From Candidatus Eiseniibacteriota bacterium (lineage in GTDB: Bacteria > Arandabacterota > Arandabacteria > Arandabacterales > Arandabacteraceae), in assembly GCA_043810925.1 (NCBI GenBank), contig JBDRNT010000031.1:1-13213 (forward strand): a stretch of 13,213 bases of DNA, written 5' to 3'. A program made the translations under genes and the position numbers. The notes beneath the pieces are model-generated. The model searched no databases. It had not been told where the DNA came from and worked only from the letters and a program-made list of their open reading frames with translations. Positions 8,271 through 13,213 of this stretch are shown here, piece after piece (the first letter of the stretch is position 1; every line of letters begins with the position of its first letter).

Positions 8271-8426
8271 GTGGCACGGATTCCCGGAAAGACAGTCTAC
8301 ATTTTGGGCACGGGAGCTTCTCACCACACCGGGGCGCCACTCCTGGGAAACTTCTTAACGCTGACCATCCCGCGACCGGATGTTTTGAGTCTCTGCCCCA
8401 ATATCACCTGCCCGGAGACACACTGA
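8271..8426 (+). pseudogene. SIR2-like protein N-terminal stub (51 aa)
   Basis: Not in the ORF track. SD GGAGG 8260-8264 and GTG 8271 give MARIPGKTVYILGTGASHHTGAPLLGNFL.., matching the SIR2 N-terminal 'V.ILGAGAS...G.PL..DF' loop. Ends at TGA 8424-8426, overlapping the next ATG (TGATG). Confidence 0.6.
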
Positions 8427-9100
8427 TGTCAGGCATGGAATCATTCGAGAAGCGGCTAAGGCGATTCACCTTCGGAATGAGCGCGGAAATCCCGCTGACA
8501 ATGTTGAACTCATACAGCAACATACTCGTGCCGCAGCTCAGAAAGGCATCAGAAAGTGGACTCATCGACCTGTTCGTGCTTGGCTCCCACGCTATCATGC
8601 AGACATCGGGCCAGTACATATTTGCCCATCACGGGGAGGACGCTACGCGGTTCTTTCTCCAAGCATTCGTTGACGGCGACACCGAGGAACGTAAGTTCTC
8701 ATGGATTGCGCCTGAGATACATGAGATGCGGAACGCATCAGCGCACCGGTGGTCGTCCCGGCGGGTTCATGAGACAGTCATCGACGATAGGATAGATGGG
8801 GGCTGGAAGGAGGACTCTGGAAAGGTCGTGCTGAACTTCCGTATTTACTCGAAGGACTTCTTGGGCGCATTCGGGCCAGGGGGACGGATCTGGAATTGGG
8901 AGCAGTATGTCTCAGAGGAAGACCTTGTCCTTCGCAAATATGGCTATATCCTCGACTGGCTGGGCTTGGAGAAGAGCCACCCAGTTGCAACCGCCATTCG
9001 AGAACTCCGAGGATTCGCGGGGAACCCCAATGCAATCAAGGGGAAGGAGAGTGAGATCCAGAGACTGATCACGTCCCACTTTGGGGTCCAACCATTCTGA
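8426..9100 (+). CDS. Hypothetical protein with HEPN-like R-x4-H motif (224 aa)
   Basis: Likely start ATG 8426 (SD GGAGA) rather than 8258. Motif IHEMRNASAH (R 8729, H 8744). Confidence 0.65.
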   Translation: MSGMESFEKRLRRFTFGMSAEIPLTMLNSYSNILVPQLRKASESGLIDLFVLGSHAIMQTSGQYIFAHHGEDATRFFLQAFVDGDTEERKFSWIAPEIHEMRNASAHRWSSRRVHETVIDDRIDGGWKEDSGKVVLNFRIYSKDFLGAFGPGGRIWNWEQYVSEEDLVLRKYGYILDWLGLEKSHPVATAIRELRGFAGNPNAIKGKESEIQRLITSHFGVQPF

Positions 9101-9122
9101 ATCAGGAGGCGCCATTTAGTCC

Positions 9123-9230
9123 GCCTAGCCTACAGCTCTCCGCAATAGGTGACACCAATGTATAAATGGCTCTGTTGACAGTTGGTCAGGATTGCGGTAG
9201 CTAGAGAGCCCAGGGTACCGAGTGTTGGGC
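9123..9230 (+). repeat. attC-like site (108 bp)
   Basis: R''-like GCCTAGC (9123-9129) and canonical R' GTTGGGC (9224-9230), extended by CC/GG. Inner stems GCTCTC/GAGAGC, CCGCAAT/ATTGCGG and TGA..CCAA/TTGGTCA. Starts 22 nt after the upstream stop. Confidence 0.55.
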
Positions 9231-9312
9231 GGAAGCGGGAGCCAGATATTGTAGTTGATTGGATCAGTATAAGCAGTAGTTCGGGCCATCTGTGGAGAGG
9301 GTGGTGCACAGT

Positions 9313-10098
9313 ATGATGTGGAAGGGCGTTCTTTCAGAAGCAGAGCTTGACGGAATCACCGCGCGGCTGCCTGACGTGGGGCTTTTCCAGCGGCAGACTA
9401 GCGACCTTTCTCCAGATATCATATCGGTCAATATGATATTGGCGGAAGGGCATCCGGACTCACCTCTCCCCGAGGCTGCGCCCTGTTTCATCAACCTTGG
9501 CAATGCTCTCTGGGCCTCGGGGTATGCCCTCTACCAATGTCTTGCGCACGGGATCTACGCCAGAGGGCAGCCGTCTCCGCATCCTGAGATTGAGGCGAGG
9601 TTCTTCGAGCGGCACTACGCAGATGATGTTGCGCTCAGGCTATATTCCGGGGGGGAATATCTCGCAGGCGCCATTGTCCACATGCTTGATATCACGCGCC
9701 GAGACTTGAAGCAGTTCCGGGGGCGGGGGCGTAGCCAGCTAGATAGGGTTGCAGGATTCCTGGCCGAGCACAAGCAGGGGCATCCGGTCACCGCAGCCGT
9801 GTCCATACTCACGACCATTGCCGATTGGCAGGACGCTGTGCGGTACCGGAACATGTGGGTTCACGATCAGCCTCCTCTTATTGAGGGACTTGGCGTCCAG
9901 TTCCGGCGGGGCAAGCGCTGGAAGACATCTCCGGACGGATCACGGATACTTCCTCTCACGGGGGGTGATCCACCGCATTACACGATTGAGGAGCTCAAGC
10001 GCTTTGTCGAATCAGGTCTCAGGCATCTCCTCGATTGCTCCACGGCCTGTCTTGCTTGTTACCTCTGTGCATTGAAGAAGAGAGGGGCCGCGCAGTGA
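9313..10098 (+). CDS. HEPN-domain protein, Cthe_2314-like
   Basis: All-helical-looking ORF with WQDAVRYRNMWVHDQPP (R 9847, H 9862) and upstream YADDVALRLYSGGEYLAGAI. Start is ATG 9313 or GTG 9292. Confidence 0.65.
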   Translation: MMWKGVLSEAELDGITARLPDVGLFQRQTSDLSPDIISVNMILAEGHPDSPLPEAAPCFINLGNALWASGYALYQCLAHGIYARGQPSPHPEIEARFFERHYADDVALRLYSGGEYLAGAIVHMLDITRRDLKQFRGRGRSQLDRVAGFLAEHKQGHPVTAAVSILTTIADWQDAVRYRNMWVHDQPPLIEGLGVQFRRGKRWKTSPDGSRILPLTGGDPPHYTIEELKRFVESGLRHLLDCSTACLACYLCALKKRGAAQ

Positions 10099-10152
10099 CA
10101 GTTAAGGTCGAACGGTACACGCCAAATGCGACGCGTCGGGAGATATGATGAG

Positions 10153-10259
10153 GCCCAATCCAGTGGCTCGAGCAGAGTTCGCTGCGACCGGCGTGGCTCC
10201 TTACGGAGGGCTGAACAATAGGCCCCGTCTGCGCCGGACGCTCAGCGGCACCGTTGCCC
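10153..10259 (+). repeat. attC-like site (107 bp)
   Basis: GCCCAAT (10153-10159) ... GTTGCCC (10253-10259). L''-like GCTCGAGC pairs with L'-like GCTCAGC (10240-10246), leaving one extrahelical base as in attC sites. Both R boxes deviate from consensus. Confidence 0.5.
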
Positions 10260-10310
10260 GAGGGGTACCACAGGTGAATCAGGGCGTTTCGCAGGGGAGG
10301 TGGTCACGGT

Positions 10311-10958
10311 TTGAGCCTGCCCAGCGCAGATGAATACGTTTCGGTGATCGGAACCAGCTTCTTATATCCCCTCTCTACGCTACTAGAATCCCTTGAGTCC
10401 TCTAGGGCGAGAGGGCCCAGTGAAGTTCAAGCATCACCGCTTGAGAACGGTTATTCCGCCGCGGTGATTGTCCTCACCGTTCTAATGGTCGAGTCGGCTA
10501 TCGCCAGGACTCAGTTCATTCAAGGCACCAATCCACCGAAGCGCCCCATCGCTTTCATCCGCGCCAGTCGACCTCTCTCGAATCTCGCAGACGTTGTGGA
10601 GGAGCTATTCGTGGTCAGGGACGTAGTTGCGCACAACCACATCTGGGATGCCAGAATCGCTTATGCCCCAGATGGCTCGATGAAACTAGTGTCAGCCACT
10701 CGAGATCCCGCGTACGGCGATGCGAAATTCGCTCGCGTGATCGACCCGTCGTCGCGGAAGACCAAGAAGCTCGGCATTAACCTCTTCCCGACACGGATCG
10801 GCAGGGAAGATGCGATCATAGTCCTCAAGAATGCCAAGGACTTTCTTCTCCTTCTTGAGGCGCAAGACCGAAGGTACTTCTACCTCTCGCCGCAGCCAGT
10901 TGAGTTCAAGGGTGTGGCAGTTCGTTTCGTTGATTTAGTGGACGGGCTGCAGAGATGA
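10311..10958 (+). CDS. Hypothetical protein with HEPN-like R-x4-H motif (215 aa)
   Basis: TTG start with SD GGGGAGGT. N-terminal helix YSAAVIVLTVLMVES and motif ELFVVRDVVAHNH (R 10617, H 10632). Confidence 0.7.
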   Translation: MSLPSADEYVSVIGTSFLYPLSTLLESLESSRARGPSEVQASPLENGYSAAVIVLTVLMVESAIARTQFIQGTNPPKRPIAFIRASRPLSNLADVVEELFVVRDVVAHNHIWDARIAYAPDGSMKLVSATRDPAYGDAKFARVIDPSSRKTKKLGINLFPTRIGREDAIIVLKNAKDFLLLLEAQDRRYFYLSPQPVEFKGVAVRFVDLVDGLQR

Positions 10959-10966
10959 ACAGGCTC

Positions 10967-11073
10967 GGCCAACAAATGGCCAAAGACAGTCGGATGTCAA
11001 GGTGGCATGGGTCTCCCGACCTGAGGGCAAGCGCTTCACTGCCAAGCCGCTTTGCTTAGTCACGTCGTCGGCC
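10967..11073 (+). repeat. attC-like site (107 bp)
   Basis: GGCCAAC (10967-10973), 8 nt after the stop, ... GTCGGCC (11067-11073, one change from GTTGGCC). TGGCCAA/TTAGTCA L-like boxes and inner GTCGG/CCGAC stem. Confidence 0.5.
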
Positions 11074-11270
11074 TTAGTAGGTCAAGAAGTCCGTGGCTTC
11101 ATTTTCAAGTTGATGTAGTCAGAGTCTGTGCCGACTGAATGCGCTCCCGACTTGCCGGGGAGCTGCGGAAGTAGGCCTAATGAAAACACACCTTGCGCCA
11201 CTCCATCGCTTAGAAATTACTTTAGGTGATTGTCGTAACTCATTCGCATGATGCCCGTGATGCGAATAAC

Positions 11271-11489
11271 AAAACTAGACCAAAATAGACTTTTCTGGCG
11301 AGTTTCTCAAAAGTATAGTGAAAAGGCCCCGAAATGGGGTGATCCAGCGTCTGAACGTCGAGCCAGAGCCCACTAACCCATTGCACTGCACGGACTTGCG
11401 GAATGCCCGGGCGCACTAACCCATGGTCTACTTTCCGCTATACTTTTGGGTCAAATCGGTATACTTCGGGGTGTCCAAAGTAGACTTTT
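11271..11489. repeat. Cluster of short direct and inverted repeats (AAAGTA[G/T]AC family; CACTAACCCAT x2), possible element end or protein-binding array
   Basis: CAAAATAGACTTTT 11281-11294 and CAAAGTAGACTTTT 11476-11489 (13/14 direct). CAAAAGTATAGTGAAAA 11308-11324 and TTTCCGCTATACTTTTG 11432-11448 (15/17 inverted). GTCTACTTT 11426-11434, GTATACTT 11459-11466. CACTAACCCAT at 11371-11381 and 11414-11424. Confidence 0.7.
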
Positions 11490-11505
11490 GCCTCGGGCTG
11501 GTCAA
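11477..11505 (-). promoter_or_regulatory. Putative minus-strand sigma70 promoter pointing into the repeat cluster and HEPN array
   Basis: TTGACC (11505-11500), 17 nt spacer, TACTTT (11482-11477). Confidence 0.35.
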
Positions 11506-11520
11506 GCGGGAGGAGGTAAG

Positions 11521-11559
11521 AAAAAGGAGCCTCAGTGCTCAGAAGCACATGTTGGCTCC
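11521..11559 (-). terminator. Rho-independent terminator of the beta-propeller gene
   Basis: Minus strand GGAGCC..GTGCT-tctg-AGCAC..GGCTCC hairpin followed by TTTTT, 20 nt after the stop codon. Confidence 0.7.
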
Positions 11560-11579
11560 GTAACCTCTAACACTCGTAC

Positions 11580-12881
11580 TTACCTAAAGAGCACGATCGC
11601 TTTGACGGCACTCGCTTGGCCGCTTCTGATCTTCACAAAGTAGATGCCCGGTCCTACCTGGCTTCCGTTCCGGTCCCGACCGTTCCAGCTCGCCTGATGC
11701 TTACCGGCAGCCTCGCTCCGATTCATCAGGGTCGAGACTTCTCTTCCGGATACATTATAGACAGCAATATGTGTCTGGGCTGCCTTCGGAATCTCGTATG
11801 AGATTATCGTCTGGCTCCGGAAGGGGTTAGGACCTGCAGTTAAGACCAATCGACCCGATTCACTCTTGGGTTCGACTCCAGAGAGTGTCTCACTGCGCCG
11901 GTAGATACCGTAGTCGTAAGTACCCAGCAGGAGAGTGGTCCCGAACTCGCCATCAGCCTCTATCGAAGTGATGTAAGCGTCTCCCGGTAGGCCCGTGCTG
12001 TAATCAGCCCAGGTCGTGCCACCGTCCACGCTCCTGTAGACGCCTTGGCCTCCGGCATAGACGACGGCTGGGTTCACAGGATTCACCGCCACCACGTTCG
12101 CGAAGATCCCGAGGCCAGCTTCACTGCCAAAGGTCGCCCAGGTCTCCCCGCCATCGATTGAGCGAAATACAGCAGAGTCCAAAGACGTAACGGTATAAAC
12201 GATATCTGGGTTCTCCGGATTGATGGCCAGGTCATTGACAGTCTCTGACAACACCCCTTCCCAAGCGGTCCCACCATCGAGTGCTCTGCCAAGTTGCTTG
12301 TTCGAACGCGCTGCAACGAAGATACGTGCGGTATTGAGTGGATCTAAGCCGATCACGCCCTTCCGACCGAGCCAAGGCATCTCGATGTGGTTCCAATTAT
12401 CTCCCTGATCCGGGCTGCAATAGAACCCTCCTCCACCGACGAAATTACTTGTCGTCACATATACACTCTCAGGATGCGCCGGATTGACCGCGATGTCAGA
12501 CGGGCTATAATCCGCATTGAAATTGAACCCCGAGTCCTTCCGCTGCCAAGTGGTACCGCCATCGAGGGTTCTGAAGATCGCATCGCTGAAGATGGCATAG
12601 ACAGCATCCTTGTTGATGGGATCAACGGCCAACTTGTAAGCCCACTCAAAGTCTTTGACCAGCAACCAGGTTAGGCCACCATCGATAGACTTGTATACGC
12701 CCTCCGTATTGTAGTAATGCGTGGCGTAGGCAGTGTCGCTGTCTCCGGCCCGGAATGCAACATCCATCACCTGAGATCCCGACAAACCGGACTGCACCCA
12801 CTGGCAAAGCGCGGCTGAAGCAATGGTGAGAACAAGGACTGCGACAGCCAGAACTGCTAAGAAACACCGTGCTATTCTCAA
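11580..12881 (-). CDS. Secreted BNR/Asp-box repeat beta-propeller protein (Ycf48/VPS10/GH74-like fold) with FlgD-Ig/T9SS-like C-terminal domain
   Basis: Six Asp-box motifs (SIDGGLTW, TLDGGTTW, SPDQGDNW, ALDGGTAW, SIDGGETW, SVDGGTTW) and a signal peptide. C-terminal GPNPFRSQT..VYNVSGREV..WNGRDRNGSQVGPGIYF. SD AAGGAGGT favours TTG 12881 over GTG 12902. Confidence 0.9.
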   Translation of the reverse strand: MRIARCFLAVLAVAVLVLTIASAALCQWVQSGLSGSQVMDVAFRAGDSDTAYATHYYNTEGVYKSIDGGLTWLLVKDFEWAYKLAVDPINKDAVYAIFSDAIFRTLDGGTTWQRKDSGFNFNADYSPSDIAVNPAHPESVYVTTSNFVGGGGFYCSPDQGDNWNHIEMPWLGRKGVIGLDPLNTARIFVAARSNKQLGRALDGGTAWEGVLSETVNDLAINPENPDIVYTVTSLDSAVFRSIDGGETWATFGSEAGLGIFANVVAVNPVNPAVVYAGGQGVYRSVDGGTTWADYSTGLPGDAYITSIEADGEFGTTLLLGTYDYGIYRRSETLSGVEPKSESGRLVLTAGPNPFRSQTIISYEIPKAAQTHIAVYNVSGREVSTLMNRSEAAGKHQASWNGRDRNGSQVGPGIYFVKIRSGQASAVKAIVLFR

Positions 12882-13002
12882 GGCTAACCACCTCCTTGTC
12901 ACTTATGAAAAGAGCGAATTCACCTGTGATTACAGGACTGCCGAAGAAGAGATAATCCACCCCAACAGCCCCACATCCAAGGATTAGACCTGTGACAGTA
13001 TA

Positions 13003-13031
13003 AGTATAGAGATAATCACGGTTTTTGTCTA
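13003..13031 (-). promoter_or_regulatory. Putative sigma70 promoter P1 for the beta-propeller gene
   Basis: TAGACA (13031-13026), 17 nt spacer, TATACT (13008-13003), with an AT-rich upstream region. Confidence 0.6.
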
Positions 13032-13176
13032 CTCTTTTCATATAGTGCATTGATACATACATATTTATGCTACGAGGTATAACCGAAAGTTGTGGACGGG
13101 CTAAGAAGAAGACGTATCCTTCCTTTGGGAACAAGCCCCTGCTTTACGCAGGAAGAAAGGATACGCCGAATGAGGA

Positions 13177-13205
13177 AGGATACCCCGGTAGGGATAGCAG
13201 GTCAA
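13177..13205 (-). promoter_or_regulatory. Putative sigma70 promoter P2
   Basis: TTGACC (13205-13200), 17 nt spacer, TATCCT (13182-13177). Confidence 0.45.
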
Positions 13206-13213
13206 GCGGGAAA

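Noticed and set aside
8258-8425. N-terminal extension of the 8258-9100 ORF
   Set aside because: The overlapping frame encodes a SIR2-like motif with its own SD, and ATG 8426 has an SD, so the extension is probably not translated.
11271-11489. CRISPR array or tRNA in the repeat-rich intergenic region
   Set aside because: Repeats are 9-17 bp, irregularly spaced and in mixed orientation; no cloverleaf or T-loop motif and no cas genes.
12646-13134. 162-aa minus-strand ORF
   Set aside because: It overlaps the propeller gene out of frame and runs through its promoter region; no recognisable domain.

Overview
This window looks like an accessory or mobile-element region of a bacterium, probably an FCB-type candidate-phylum lineage (inferred from FlgD-Ig/T9SS-like C-terminal sorting domains). 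(i) 1-941 is a decayed phage packaging module: the 3' end of an upstream gene, an HTH terminase-small-subunit-like gene, and only the C-terminal ~60 codons of a Mu-like terminase large subunit. (ii) 1154-5461 (minus strand) is a three-gene secreted-protein operon: S8 subtilase with FlgD-Ig tail, TolB/PD40 lipoprotein, Cys-rich secreted protein. It is followed at 5963-6148 by a second, synonymously diverged copy of the same terminase C-terminal fragment. (iii) 6308-6715 is a small HTH gene divergent from a sigma70-like promoter. (iv) ~7000-10958 (plus strand) holds four unrelated ORFs that each carry an R-x4-H HEPN-type motif, plus a degraded fifth HEPN gene and a SIR2 N-terminal stub. Three of these ORFs are followed by degenerate 107-108 bp attC-like palindromes, suggesting an integrase-less integron cassette array of putative defence RNases. 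(v) 11270-11490 is a cluster of direct and inverted short repeats that may mark the element end. (vi) 11580-12881 is a secreted BNR/Asp-box beta-propeller protein with a FlgD-Ig tail, with its own promoters and terminator. All assignments come from reading motifs by eye; no searches were run.
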